Below are positions 45,801 to 58,600 of a stretch of 64,000 nt of DNA, piece by piece. Below the pieces are notes generated by a model. It saw only the letters and a program-made list of their open reading frames with translations. It was not told where the DNA came from and ran no database searches. Made by a program: the position numbers and the translations under genes. The number at the start of each line of letters is the position of its first letter. Positions within the stretch are counted from its first letter, which is position 1. The DNA comes from Camelus ferus (taxonomy: Eukaryota), in contig NC_045696.1 in the NCBI RefSeq assembly GCF_009834535.1, positions 1,862,001-1,926,000 on the forward strand, written 5' to 3'.

Positions 45801-48800
45801 TGGCCATCGAGAGGTGGCAGCAAGGAAAAGGCCAACGTGGGGGTTGGCTCTGCGCTGGATGCTGGCCGAGGCCTCACAGCTCTGCTCCCCGCCTGGCCCG
45901 GAGCCTGAAGAAGCCTCCTGCAGCATCCCCGGCCCCCATCGCCCCTGGTCCACCCTGCCGTGAGCCAGGACAGTCCTCTTTGTGCTCTCCCCCCACGCCT
46001 TCAGACGTCCCACCACGAAGCATTTCGGGAGCCTGCCCCCCCCGCACGCCGCCAGCCCCCACCCAGGGCAAGGTCCTCCCTCGCAGGGCAGGATGGTTAA
46101 GACGTGACGTGAGGGTGACAGGAGGCCTCCCCGAGCCGCAGAACTGCAAGACCCTATCAGAGAACTGGGTGTTCCCTCTGAGGGAACGTGGGGTGGTAGG
46201 GGAGCACGGCAGCCTGCGGCCTGCAGTGTTGGGGTGCAGGCCTCGCCAGCCCACACCCACACCCACCTCCTCTAGTCCCCGCACCCCTCCCCACCCAGAC
46301 ACCCCCGGGCCTGCTCCGTCAGCCAGCCGTGACAGAGCCCGGTGTCCAGGTGCCACCAGGAGCGCACCTGGGCGGGGTCACAACCCACTGCCACGTGGGG
46401 AACAAGGCTGGGGTGGACATTGAGTGCAGGCTTCCGCCAAGTGCTGTGGTGGGAGGTGGGGCGTCAAAGGAAGCCAGGTCTGCTCTGGAGGGGGTGCTGT
46501 CGGAAAACCAGGGGTCCAGGATTTGGGTCTCTGACTAGTTTTTTAAGAACGACAGTGGCTAGAGTCGTCATGAGCGAGCCCCGGGGTCCCCTGGGCCACC
46601 TCGGTGGTCTTCCCGCCCCTCAAGGGCGCCGCTGCTGGGCAGCGCTGACCTGTCGGGGGCCTGTCAAGTATTTCCCAGCAGCACACAAAATCCCCATGAA
46701 CCCCTGGGGGCCCGTGGGTCGCGGTTCCGCGGGGTCTGTAAGGGCCACACCTGGCGCGAAGGACTCGTCAGCGGTCAGGTTCCCAGGGCTCTGCGGAGGG
46801 CTGTCCTCTCCCAGATGGGAAAGCCGGCTCCGTGTGTCCCCTGAAGCACACGGGCAGGTCTGGCCCGGAGGGTCTCATTACCCCCGACCCCCAGGGGCCT
46901 TTGGGCTGAGGGTCAGCCTAAGTCGCATGGTTAGATGAGCAAGGTGTGGGGCCCTGGGGGACCCCTCCCCACTCCTGAGCCGCCGTGCTTTCCTGCAGGT
47001 GGAGGAATGGGGCCCCTTCGACCTCACCTATGGCTCTACACCCCCCCTTGGCCACACCTGCGACCACCCCCCTGGTAAGAGACCTAAGTCTGCTCCAACT
47101 CCGGGGCCTCTTGTCCCCCACCCCCTCCCATCGCCCCAGCCCTCCTCAGGGAGGGCAGAAGTGGCAGGTCGTCTGCACTGAGGTGTCACAGACCCACAGA
47201 AGTTGTCTGTCTCCAGTGAGTACAGTTTGGTGGTTTTGAAGTGTGCACCCTGTGAAGCCATCACTCTACCCGAGACGATGACTATGTCTGTCACCCCAGG
47301 GCGGCCTGGCACCCCTCCCACCCTCCTTCCGCTGAGCTGGGTATCCCTGTGAGGTGCTTGCCCGGCTTCTCTGTCACCTGCCTTGTCTCAGTACCGGGCC
47401 CACTGGGTGAGGCTGGGTCTGCAGCCCCAGCTGACAGGGAGCCCTGAGCCCTTGAGCCCTCTGTGGGGACGGGGCTGCCCTGGGGAGCAGATGGACGCCC
47501 GGGGCCCAGGCTGGCCGCACCGCAGTCACCCCGCCCCACCAGGGCCCCTCACCCCCGCCCCCGGGGCAGAGCCCAGACGCACGCGCACGCCCCCCCCAGG
47601 GTGGTACCTGTTCCAGTTCCACCGTGTCCTGCAGTACGCGAGGCCCCGGCGGGGCAGCCAACAGCCCTTCTTCTGGATGTTTGTGGACAATCTGGTGCTG
47701 ACCGAGGAGGACCGGGCCGTGGCCACTCGCTTCCTGGAGGTGTGTGCGGGCCAGGGCCCAGGGGTGCCAGCGGCCCCTTGGTGGGGGTGGCACCCCTTAG
47801 ATTCCTGCCCCCGAGGCCTGAGTTTTCAGAGTTTGTGGGGAGCACGAGGGCCACCGCACCACTGAGCCCCCACCCCCACTCCCAAGGGTGCCTCCCGGCT
47901 GCGCTGGGTTCAGGACGCTGCCCCCGGGGCTCGTGTCCTCCCCCCCCCAACGCCATCTGCGCACACGCCCTGTGCACTTTCACACGTCAGCACGCAGTGC
48001 GCGCAGTGACACACTCACACCCGTGTGCACACACGTCAGTCACTCTCACACCCCACGGCGCACAGGGCACAGGGCACTGGCACACACCACACACACGCAC
48101 TCACACCCACCGACAGCCTTGCTGTTTCCTCCTGTCTGAGTCCTGACCATCAGAGCATTCACGTGCGAGCTCAGTGACCAGTCTGTCCAGGGCTGACCAG
48201 GCCCGTCCCTGCCCGCTACCCCCCCACTCAAAGGGCAGCCCCAGCCCAGGCCCAGTGTCCCCTCCTCTTGGGACGGCTCCCCACGATCAAGGGTTCATAA
48301 ACTGGTCGCCAAAGCCCACCGCCCCCACCTCCGCCACCCCCTCCACCTCTGCCCTCGGGTCCTGGGCTTCCTCCAGGACGTCCTCACAGGCGCACGGGGC
48401 TGCCCGCGCCGCTGCCTTGCGGCCGGCTTTTGGCAATCAGCGTTTCCCTGGGAAATCCTCCCGTTCCGAACGGCTCTTCCCCAGTCTTTGTTTTATTGCA
48501 TCCGTCTTGCTTTGTGCGGTTTTACTTTGTGTGGACGTGGAAAATGCATTGAACCTGTTCCAACTAACGGATAAGGGGGATGCCGTTACAAAGGATACTC
48601 AGGGCAGGGGCGCGTGGGGACACACCTGCGGGATGGAGCCTGGAGTGCGGGTGCAGGGTCCAGGCGCGGTCCCCAGGGGTGCAGCGCCGCCGGGGAGGGT
48701 GTTCCCCGAGGCCCCGCCTGGCCGGGCTGCGCTGCGTTTCCCTCGCCCGCCCACGGGCGGCCCCCTCTCTCTGCGTTCCCTCGCCTTCTCCCAGACGCCG

Positions 48801-51800
48801 CAGGGTTCTTCCTCCCTCCTCTGCAGTGGGGGTTTCCCATCCGTGTCAACTGGTTTTGATTTGTGCGTAAGAAACTATTGCTCCACCCCTGCTAGCCCGA
48901 CCTGGTCGCCCTCCTGGGCTACTTTGTAGCCGGCAGTGACCTGCAGATGGCTCAGCAGCCTGTCTAGGGAGTGGGGCAGGTCGTCTGCCGACAGGGACTG
49001 TTTTTCCTTCTTCATTTTGTACCTCGAATGTCTGTCTCTTGTCACACGTTGCTGCTGCCTCTGGGACAATGTTGAATCGCAGGAGTGACGGGACATGCCT
49101 GTCTTGTTCCTGACATTCGAGGAAATGTTTCCAGTGTTTCCTCTACTAAGCTGTTGCTGGCTTTCAGGTCAAAGTTGATACAGTCCACTGTGTTAAGGAA
49201 ATTTCCAGAAGTTCTCCTGGATTTCTGCTTTTCTGAGTTATTCTGTTGAGAGTAATTGCTGGATTCTGTCAAATGTTCTTTTTTATGTCTTTGGAGGTAA
49301 CTACACTTCTTCTCTGGCTCTGACTGTGATCTCCTAGCAGATTTCCTAGGCACAACTGTTCTTGCCTTCCTGGAAAACACCCTTAGTCACGGCACACGGT
49401 TGTGTTGCCGTACTGCTGACTCCCAGTGAACAGCAGTTCATGTGGGATTTTTGCTCTGATAACAGGACAGAGGTGGGTATGTGAGGTTTCTTGTTTTGTT
49501 TCGTGCCGTTTTTTTTTTAGTTGAAGTGTTTTGTGCCACCGTTACTGAGCTTGGGTGTCGGTGTCCAGCGTGCTTCGCACACGTGCCCGAGCCTTTGGCA
49601 GGGCTCTCCCGGGACGTCGTCTGAGCTGGCTGTGGTTGCCGCTGTTCTTACGTGGGAGTAACTCCTCTGTGGGAACTAATCTGTTAAGGTTTTCAGCCTT
49701 TTCTGAGGTCAGTTTGGTAAGCTGTGCTTTCCCAGAATATAAGCCATTAAGTTAAAGTTAACAAATCATTCCTATAGAGCCGGGCAAGAAGTCCTCATGA
49801 TTCTCGTACTTTCATCCGCGTGTCTGTGGTTATTTCTCCTTTTTATGAAGCCTGGCCGTTTTAGATACTGACACGTCGCCACATACCAGCAGTCAGGGCC
49901 AGCTTCGTAAGGTGCAGCATTTATCAAAACATCTGCGCCTGGGTGATCGCGAGCCCAGCCAACCCTGGGCAGCAGTGATCAGCACACGCGCAGCACAGCA
50001 AAGACACTGGCGGTTTTGTGAGCACGTCTGGCAGATCAGAACGGGTCCCAAACCAGGAGTCGGCAAAAGAGAAGCTCCACCTGTCCTGTGCCCGCTCCCA
50101 CCGCGCTGTGGACTCGTTCCCGCTGACGGCAGGGAACCAGCGAGACGTGCCGATACAGGACCTGCCTCTTTCTGCTCTGCAGCTGGTGGTCCGTCCCGGT
50201 GTGAGCCTCCTCCCGGCCAGGCGTCGGGACACAGGAGGAGGCTGATGTGTCGGGGACGGTTCAGGGAGGTGGAGTCCAGGCCACCCCAAGTGGAGTGTTG
50301 GCAGCTGGGTGGCCTCAGTTTCTCCTCCCTGCCCTCATCCTTTCCACAGCTCCTGCCACTAGCCCTTCCTCCCCTGGCTGCCGGTGCTTTCCGGGGAGAC
50401 GTGACCAGGACCCAGGTGCTCACTGGACTCCCCACGGGCCCCATGAAGCACCAGCCCTTTAGGAAACCCTGCTCTCTGCCCACAGAGCCTCTCATCTCCC
50501 TGAGACGAGACTCCCCTGGTTCTAAGACCCAGGACTTCTCTGTCTTCACGGGAACCCACCTCCGCTCTGGAGCGAGTAGGGAGTCCCTGGGCCATGTGCC
50601 CTTGGGAATGAAATATCTACCAGTTAAAAGTCTTACAATACTATGTCAGCTTTTTTCCTCATGAGGTGATTTACTACAAAAACAGAGATGTGAGATGTCA
50701 GCCATGTGGACCAGAAGACAGTCCAGGGAGGCTGGGGCCCGTGTTCAGGGCTCAGAGATGGTGCCCATGGTGGCCGAGGCCTGTGGGCGCCGTGGGGGTG
50801 GAGGTTACGGTCCGGGTCCCCCAGTTCACCGCCAACATTCTCATCCCTCAGATGGACCCCGTGACCATCCAGCACGTCCGAGGCAGGACCACCCAGAACG
50901 CCGTGCACGTGTGGAGCAACATCCCCGCCGTGAGGAGGTACTTCCTGTGCACCCGAGGCCCCGGGAGGCTTGGGTGGGGGGCTGACCAGCGGCGGGTTCA
51001 CTGGGGTCAGAAGTCTGAGGGGACGGAGCCTCTGCGTCCAGGTAGGGGGCTGTGTCTGGGGGCCTGTGGGGCCACCCCAAGAATTCTAGACAAGCCCTGG
51101 GTTGGGGTGCCCCCTTCCCACTTGGGGAACTTCCCCTGCTTTTGCACTGCTGCCTCTGAGGCTCTCGCCTCTGGACGAACTCCTGCACACGGGCTGCAAG
51201 GCTCGCTGCCCCGGTCCTGGGACGCCCTCCCCAGCCACTAGAGCACCTGCCTCCCTGCACAATCACACTCACACACTCACATACCCACACCCGCTCACAC
51301 TCATCACACACACACACACACAGCACGCGCTCACACAAGCCTTGTGTCCTCACGCTCGCCCCGCCGTGCACTTCTGGGCTGCGCCACTGAGCTGCTTCCA
51401 GCCCTTCACACGTGCCTGCCCTGGGTCCTCACACACACGCACACACCCTTCTCTGCCTCCCGAGAATTCTCAAGACTGTTCATCCTCACGATCACCCCCT
51501 CCGCCTCACCGCCCCGAGCAGCCACCCCGCTGCTCCCCACGCTGGCCCTCCTGTCCTGTCTCTGCCACGTGCCGTCCCCCCAGAGCCCTTGGGCAGGTGG
51601 CCATCTTCTCCCCCAAACCCCACGTGTCTGGCCTTTGCCCTTGTGCTGAACCAACGTTGACTGCATCTTACAGGACAGTAAGTCGTGTGTTCTCCCGACA
51701 GGAAGTTTCTGGAAACTTCTTCTCGGCACCTCCCGATCCCAGCATTGTCCCGCTGGCGCTGTGTGTGGGGAGGGGGTGGCGGGAGCGAGGTGGAGGAGGT

Positions 51801-52869
51801 TTCCAAAATGTGATCTTCTCAGGAGCTTCGAGAGTCACTCCGCCCCTTCCGCGGGGTCGCTCTCCCGCCCACTTCTCCCCCTTGGAGGAGGCGGGGCTGT
51901 TCCCAGAAGCGCAGCAGGTGCTTCCCTTCAGGCTCAGGCGTGAGGAGGGAGGCCCACCCTCCCTGGAAGCAGGGACTATTTTGCTGACCGCCCGCCCTGG
52001 TCCTCCCTTGGCCAGTGGAGCTGCCCCGGGGAGGCGGGCGGGGAGAGTGCCCGGAGGGGCACTGCCTGTTTCTGGTCCCTCGTCTGTGGCCTTCACTCCC
52101 CCAAAGTAAGCCAAGAAGTGTCCCCCAACTCCAGCGAGGTGCCTGGTGCCACGTCCAGGCGCCTTGAGTCCCAGGGTTGCATACATGGCACGCGGGGTCC
52201 CTGCGGGAGTCCTCAGCACAGGTGGCCCGGGACCTGCAGGCGCGGGCGCACTGGGCAGCACCACCCTTGAACACAGCGGGCCTTGCCCACAGTCCCGCCT
52301 CCCTTCTCTGTGGGTTTGCTCTGGGGAGGGGGGGCTCGCCCCACTGAAAGCAGGACCCGCTGAGCTAGGCCAGTGGTCTGTCCTTGGGGACCCTCTGTGC
52401 CCTCTTCTTGTAGGATGGGCTCCTCCCTGGGGAGGCGGGAGATGTGAGGACCCTGGTCATGCTTGTCTTTCTACCACCGGGGAAAAGACTCACAGAAGGT
52501 GTGAGGTCTCCTAAGGGCGTTTCCACCAGAGACCTCAGGTAGTCCAGTGAGACTGGCGCCCGCCCCTCTCCAGGGGCCCTCCCCGCCCACCGTCCCGGCC
52601 TTTCCGGAGCCCGCGGGGCCCTCGGGTGGGCACTGAGCCCCTCTCTCCTTTACAGCAGGCACTCGGCCCTGGTTTCCCAAGAGGAATTAGCCCTGCTGGC
52701 CCAGGACAGGCAGAGAGCGAAGCCCCCCGCCCAGGAGCCAGCCGCGCTGGTGAAGAATTGTTTCCTCCCCTTGAGAGAATATTTCAAGTATTTTTCAACA
52801 GAGCTCACTTCCTCTTTACAAATGAGTCATTATACTGTGAAAACAGCAACAAAAAAAGACTTTTCCTAG
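39744..52869 (+). CDS. DNMT3L: DNA methyltransferase 3-like (catalytically inactive DNMT3A/B cofactor), 11 coding exons, about 402 aa if started at 39744
   Basis: Join 39744-39849, 40138-40182, 40824-40903, 40977-41089, 41846-42017, 43903-43990, 45104-45192, 46999-47074, 47600-47739, 50852-50937, 52656-52869; ADD zinc finger CICCGS...[21 protein letters not shown] interface motif, [15 protein letters not shown]; start codon uncertain. Confidence 0.95.
40138..40182 (+). CDS. DNMT3L: DNMT3L exon
   Basis: [15 protein letters not shown], 45 nt. Confidence 0.95.
40300..40770 (-). mobile_element. L1 fragments in a DNMT3L intron
   Basis: acattttcatcaccccagaaagaaac (3' end) and catatgaattttaggattagcttgtcaatttc (ORF2) motifs. 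Confidence 0.7.
40824..40903 (+). CDS. DNMT3L: DNMT3L exon (ADD)
   Basis: [27 protein letters not shown], 80 nt. Confidence 0.96.
40977..41089 (+). CDS. DNMT3L: DNMT3L exon (ADD)
   Basis: [38 protein letters not shown], 113 nt. Confidence 0.96.
41846..42017 (+). CDS. DNMT3L: DNMT3L exon (ADD end)
   Basis: [30 protein letters not shown]...AFYDREA, 172 nt. Confidence 0.96.
42430..42700 (+). mobile_element. MLT1-like MaLR LTR fragment
   Basis: ggttgagctgtgtcctccccaaaagatacatctaagtcctaacccctggtacctgtgaa. Confidence 0.65.
43903..43990 (+). CDS. DNMT3L: DNMT3L exon
   Basis: [29 protein letters not shown], 88 nt. Confidence 0.94.
45104..45192 (+). CDS. DNMT3L: DNMT3L exon
   Basis: [30 protein letters not shown], 89 nt. 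Confidence 0.95.
46999..47074 (+). CDS. DNMT3L: DNMT3L exon
   Basis: [25 protein letters not shown], 76 nt; lacks the catalytic PC motif. Confidence 0.95.
47600..47739 (+). CDS. DNMT3L: DNMT3L exon
   Basis: [47 protein letters not shown], 140 nt. Confidence 0.96.
49000..49850 (-). mobile_element. Old L1 (L1ME-like) ORF2 fragment
   Basis: Minus-strand SGTRQAC remnant; T-rich. Confidence 0.55.
50852..50937 (+). CDS. DNMT3L: DNMT3L exon
   Basis: [28 protein letters not shown], 86 nt. Confidence 0.94.
52656..52869 (+). CDS. DNMT3L: DNMT3L terminal exon (with 16-aa extension)
   Basis: [17 protein letters not shown]...[38 protein letters not shown] then TAG. Confidence 0.92.
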
Positions 52870-53756
52870 AACAAAGATAACTTTCCTTACACAGTCTCTT
52901 TTTTCCTTTTCAAATTACTATTTATTTGCTTAACTTTGGGTCTCCTGTGGTCGCTACAGACCTACCGCCCCTTTGGGGGTGGCGCCGCGGGCCTCCTGCC
53001 TGCCCTTCGGTGGAGCGGAGCCTCGGGTCTGACTGTGGACGAGACGCTGATGTTACTTTGCGTATTGTGCTGCTGAAAACGTTTCTGTGCTGGCTGAGAA
53101 GTTAAAAATACCTTTGTTACGATAGTTATGGGTCCCTTTTTGGTGTTCGTGTGTGTGAGCACAGCCTTTATATTATTCTGTAGGACGTGGGAGTGTCTCT
53201 GGGAAGGACGGGCCAGATGCCCTTACGACCACACGTGTTCCCTTGTGTACGAAGCGGATGCGGCCACGACTGCTGTTTGCTGTGACAGTTAAAACCACTC
53301 TCCCTGATTAGAGCCCCACGAAGCACCCCAAACCTTTGCGAAGTGTGGGGTATCGACTTGGTGCAAAGGGAGGGCAGGCTGGACAGGCGGCGCAGGGGCC
53401 AAGTGCAGGTCCACCTGTGAATTTTGGTCCTCCTTGACCCACAGGGACTTGCCCACAGGAAGCAGGAAGCCCACTCGCCTGGGCTCCCTGGAGGACAGGC
53501 CACTGGAGAGCGCTGACTGGAGCTGGTTTCCAGTCACTTGTGATGAATCCCGGAGGGTCTTCCCAGATGAGTCAGGAAATCTCCCAAAGGGATCCAGACT
53601 CAGACGAGCGCACAGACTCCACTGTCCTGGCGTCCCCCTGGGAACGGGGGACCCTGTAACTGTCCTAGCACCGGTGCTAGTACGTGGAAGAAGGGTGGGG
53701 TTGAAATTGGACCTTCTGACGGTTTTAAAAAACATGTTTTGAAATAGAATAGAAAT

Positions 53757-54460
53757 TGTGCTGGTTAATCTTCTGTGCCAGCTTGGCTAGGCCTAGGTGC
53801 CCAGACGTTTGCTGAAACATTATCGCCGTGTTTTCCGTGAAGGCATTTTTGGATTGGATTAATATTTAAATCAGTGGACTTTGAGTAAAGCGGATTACAC
53901 CCTCCGTAACGTGGGTGGGTGCTGTGGTCTGAACGTCTGGGTCCCAAAATTCATCTGCTGAAATCCTAACCTCCGAGGTGATGGTATCAGGAGAGGGGGT
54001 GTTGGAGAGGTGACTCCAAAACGGGCTTAGTGCCCTTAGAAAAGAGGCCCCCGGGAGCTCCCTCAGCCCTGCCCACGTGAGGACACACGAGAAGCGTGTG
54101 ACCAGGAAAGGGGCCCTCACCCGACCCCGCGGCACCCGACCGCCCACTGCCAGACCCGCCACCAGCCAGATACCAGTATGTTTCTGTTGTTTATCAACTG
54201 CAGGCGGGTACAGGGGGCCTCTCCCAAGCCACGGAAGGCCTAACCTCCCTTGAGCAAGAAAGAATTGTCTAGCAGACTGCGGTGGACTCCAAACACAACT
54301 CTCCCCCGGCCTCCGGGTGGCCAGCTCACCCTGCAAATTTGGGCTTATCAGGCCTCCGTTATCGCGGGTCATTCCTTGAAGTACATTTCTCTCTTTTTCT
54401 CTGTCTACACACACTTACATCCTGTTGATTCTGTTTCTCGGGAGAGCCCTGGCTGACACA
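53757..54460 (+). mobile_element. MLT2 (ERVL) LTR with a nested MLT1A-like LTR (about 53920-54200)
   Basis: tgtgctggttaat...gtgcccaga start and ctgtttctc..gagagccctggctgacaca end; internal tgctgtggtctgaa...cccaaaattcat..gaaatcctaacc. Confidence 0.75.
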
Positions 54461-54907
54461 GACGTCCTCATAGAATCCATGTGACCTTCTCTTGAGGGTG
54501 GACAGAGGACCATCCTGGGCTCTGATGTCATAGGTCTCCCGTCCAGGGGCTAAAGTTCTGTAATGAAACTGAGGTCATGGCAGCCCCAGAAAACATAGAG
54601 GGGTGGTAGGGACAGGAGCATTGGAACATGGATGAGACCCTCCTAGGAGGCCACGCTCTGGGTCCAAGCTGACTGCAAAGACGTGCTCGTGTCAGCAGCT
54701 GACGGGGCGGGGCATGGTGATGGCTGTGCCCTGGCAGCCTGGCTCCAGCTGCTGCTACCCAGTATCGGCAGGGTCCACCCTCTGTCAGCCTGCTCCTATG
54801 CAGGGGCCCAGAGCCACCCCAGTGTTACATCTTCAGCACTCTCTCAAGCATTCTACAGTCTCCCTCTAATATTTTAATCTTACCCACAAGGGTCCTTTGT
54901 GAGCCCC

Positions 54908-55262
54908 TGTGGTTGGCTAAATAACGACCCCAGAAAGATGTCCCTGTCCTAAATCTCAGAACCGTGAATGTCACCTTACATGGCAAAAAAGGACTTGGCT
55001 GATGGGATGAGATGGAGACAGGGAGACTGGGCTGCACCATGTGTGACCTCAAAGGTCTTCATCAGGGGAGGCGGAGGGAGACCTGACCCCGTCCGGAGGA
55101 GACAGACTTGCTGCAAGCCAAGGGATGCCTGGGGCACCCGGGGCAGAAGAGGAAGGAAGGACCCTGGCCTGCATCCCCTGGAGGAGCCCTGGTTTCAGGC
55201 ATTCAGCCTCTGGGACTTGAGAGGATGCGTTTCTGTTGTTTTAAGCCCCAATTTTGTGGTGA
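54908..55262 (+). mobile_element. MLT1D-like MaLR LTR
   Basis: aaagatgtcc..gtcctaa..c..agaacc.gtgaatgtcaccttacatggcaaaa..ggact. Confidence 0.7.
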
Positions 55263-57639
55263 TGGGGTCTTCATCTTGATAGTCACCCAGGTGGGCTTCT
55301 CCCCTACCCCCACAGCCTGAGAAACAGTCGCGGTGAGGGGAGAGAGGAAAATCTTGCCTCAGCCACAAGGAGCCTCCAAGGGCCGTTCTGCCTGCTCCTT
55401 TGTCTTGAAAGCCCCTGTATTTGTAACCCAGACGCCAGTGTCAGTGCGAATGCACTGTGTGCATTACCTCGTAGTAACCACAGACTAACTTAGCTGCTTT
55501 AGGAGGAAGATGTTGGAACTGTCCTCGATTCACAAATGGGAAGACAAAAGGCACAGAGGCATTAAGTAACTTGCCTGTCATCACATGGCTCCTGAGGAGT
55601 GGAGCTGGGATCTGACCCAGCACGCACTTGCCAGTCTGAGGTTTCTGGGGCTGGTCTTGGGCCCACTCTGGGAGCGGCTCCCTCCCCCACCGCCCCAGGA
55701 TGTCCCAGCCCAGCCCAGCTGCATTCCCAACCACTTCCCTGCTTGCTCAACAAACAGCAGGTTCCTTGGGCCCACAGTCCCCACTCTTGGATGGGGCTGG
55801 CAGCAGCACTTGGCCCTCGGAGGACTGGGCCAGTACTGCTGCCCAGGAACCAGAGCCTGGCCCCTCCCCCAGAGCGCCCACCAGCTCGAGGGCCCACCGC
55901 TCTCCCTTCTGTGCTACAGTGGGGCAACGCCCCGGCTTCACTGAAGGGCAGCACTCTGGACACCGACTGGTCACCTTCCCTTCGCCCTCCACGTGAGCGG
56001 GCACACTCTCTGAAGGAGACTTTAACCGAGGGGGACTCCCCAGCCCCCAGGACTGTGCCTCTCCAATAACCCGAGGTTGCGTGTGAGAGCCACCCTTCCT
56101 GCTCCCCATCCCGGTGGGTAGAGTGGGGAGCCTCGTGGGAGCGGGGGTGGGGTGGGGTGCAACCCAGGCGTCAGCCAATCGGTGCAGCGCAGCCCTCCGC
56201 CTGTCCAATCAGAGAGAACCCGGGGTCCGCGGGAGGGACTGGACCCGCCCCAGCACGCCCTTCCTCCTCGCCTGTGAGCAATGCGAGGGGCTGGTCCTCC
56301 CGCAACGCAAACACGGTCCTCCTCTGCCAGCTGCGCCCAACCGTGGGGGAGAGGATCTAAGGCCACCGATATCACTATCACCCCCTCCTCTAGCGCCCCC
56401 ACCCCCGGCTCTAATACTTGCTAATTACATTCGTTCAAGACAAAGCATTGGTTTTCTGGCTCTGGGAACGGGGAGCTTCCTGAGACCCGCTCTGTGATTT
56501 ATGTCCACACCAGGCTCTCCTAGCCAAGTCTTCCTCCCGTTCCCCATCTCCCACCCCCTTTATCACGTCCCCTCTCCCCAAGTTGAGACTGTGCCCTCAC
56601 TGGACACTCGAACAGGAGCCCTGGCCGGAAACCCCTGTCCCTCTCCACCCTGCCCCTCACTGAAAGGGAGGGCAGACCCCGCTTGGCCTCTTTGAATGCC
56701 CACTGCTCAATCCCCCAGCCTGACCGTGGAGGAGTGAAGCCCCTGGGATCTAGAACTGCATGCCCACCTACCCCTCTGGTCACCTGCAGCCCCGCCCTTC
56801 CTGTTCATCACCCTCAGAAGCATCCCCAGCTCCCAGCTTATCCTTTCTGCTTCTTTGTCTTGTTTGTTCTTGTCCTCACAGAAATGTTCATTCCTACCGG
56901 GCAGAGATTCTCTTGTTTTAACCCTTTATCCTTAGTGTTTTGCACAGGACACAGTGGGTGTGCATTAAATATTTGTTGAAAGAATGACAGCATGCAGGAG
57001 GTGGCTGGGCACAGGGGGGCTCCCCTTGGCTCTGCCCTTACTTTACACCCTACCTCTCCCCCTCCCAAAGGCCGACCTCAGCATCCCCCTCAGCCTGGGC
57101 AGTGGGACACACCTCTCCTGCCTGCTCCACCCGACAGGAGTCTTCAGACCTGAGGTGCGGTGTCTGGGAGCCCAGGCCCTTCCAGGGGCAGCCTTTGCAG
57201 GGAGGGCACCCTATTTCCCCATGGCTCCACCCCGTCACCTCGTTGTCACCTACCTGGCGGTGTGGGAGGGGAGAAGGGGAGCCCTGACTGACTTGGGCCT
57301 CGCAGAGAGGAGGCCCAGTGGACTGGAAGGGGTGGGAGGGAGGAAGAGTACGGCACGTTTGCCCTTTGATCTGAGGCTCAAAAAAGTTTTTTCCAGGCCA
57401 GAAAACGAGAGTGCCAAGTCCCACAAGCTTGGAGGAGCACACACGAACTGGTTTCCACGCGTGGGCTTCTTCGAGCCTTTAATACGCAAAAATGCTGCGG
57501 CGGGTGGCCCAGGACCCAGAAGGGATGAGGGAGCAAAGGTAGGGGTGGAGATCTAGGGCTGGCTGGGAAGGGGAGCCGGCCTGCCCGCCTTCCCGCCTTC
57601 CTTTCTCACATTCATCCATCCCCAGACAGCCGTGGGGCT

Positions 57640-58600
57640 CTGGCCTCACCGAGGGCCAGAGGTCCTGACTCCGGTCCCGGTCCGGGAGGGAGAGCACTGA
57701 GCCCCGCCCCGCCTGGGGCAGAGACTCAGGACTCGGAGGCGGACAGGCGCAGGCGGAGCCGGGGCGTTTGGGGGCGCGGACGTCCTGCGGGACACTGGGG
57801 GGCAGCACGTAGCCTCCCACGGGCCCTCTCGCGGCACATCTGGCCGTCCCCCTCCCTGGGGCCTTTCCTGCCTTCAACTTCCCACGGCACCTACAGCCCG
57901 GTGGACCGGGAGCCCCCGCCCCGCGCCCCTCAGGGCCCGACTGGCACCTTCTCGTGGGAAGGGCTGAAGGTTTTGGAGTCAGCGTCCAAGTTTCGGTTCC
58001 AGCGCGCCCCGCCTGCGGCCCAGGCCGCGGGAGGAACCGGGCCGGGGGCGGGGCCGGGGGCGGGGCCGGGGCCGGGATCGGGCCGGCGCTCAGCCCCCAC
58101 CAGCTCCGCGCCCAGAGCCTCCGAGGCGCGGCGGGAGCGCGGTGGCTGCTGCCTCCGGCGCTCCGAGGGCTCCCGCGGCCCGAGGGCTCTCCTGTTCCTA
58201 GTTCTCCCGCGGCCCGAGATCAGCGCTGCCCGAGGTCGCCGCCCCCACCATGCCGCTGAGAGGGTGAGCGGGCGAGCGGACGCGCCCGGGGGTTGCGGGG
58301 GGCTGAGCGGCGGCGCCGGGTCGGGAGCGGCGCCCCGAGCCTAGGGCCACCCTCCTGGCCGCGCCGCTGGGGCGCCGGGCGCGGGGAGCATCGGGCGCAT
58401 CCGGCGGGGCCGCGGGAGGCGCGGCCACCTGCGGGAGGAGGTGTCGGCCCAGGGTCGGCGCGGGGAGAGCGGCGGGGACCGGGCGACGGCAGCGCGCGGG
58501 CGAGCTGGGGGCGGGTCCCTGCTGAGGGTGGGAAAGCAGCTGGAAGGAGAGGAGACAGCGACCCACGCTCACTTCCTTCCCCCGCCCCCGCCCCCAGCGA
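57640..58600. promoter_or_regulatory. ICOSLG CpG island promoter with tandem GC boxes / G4-prone tract (58039-58076)
   Basis: Dense CpG, gggccgggggcggggccgggggcggggccggggccggg. Confidence 0.85.
58250..58263 (+). CDS. ICOSLG: ICOSLG exon 1 coding part (14 nt)
   Basis: ccaccATGCCGCTGAGAGG|gtgagc. Confidence 0.85.

Noticed and set aside
51102..52109. 335-aa ORF in the last DNMT3L intron
   Set aside because: Runs through CA-rich low-complexity sequence; no domain or convincing start
39744..52869. DNMT3L as a whole pseudogene
   Set aside because: All 11 downstream exons are in frame with canonical splice sites and intact ADD cysteines; lack of catalytic motifs is normal for DNMT3L
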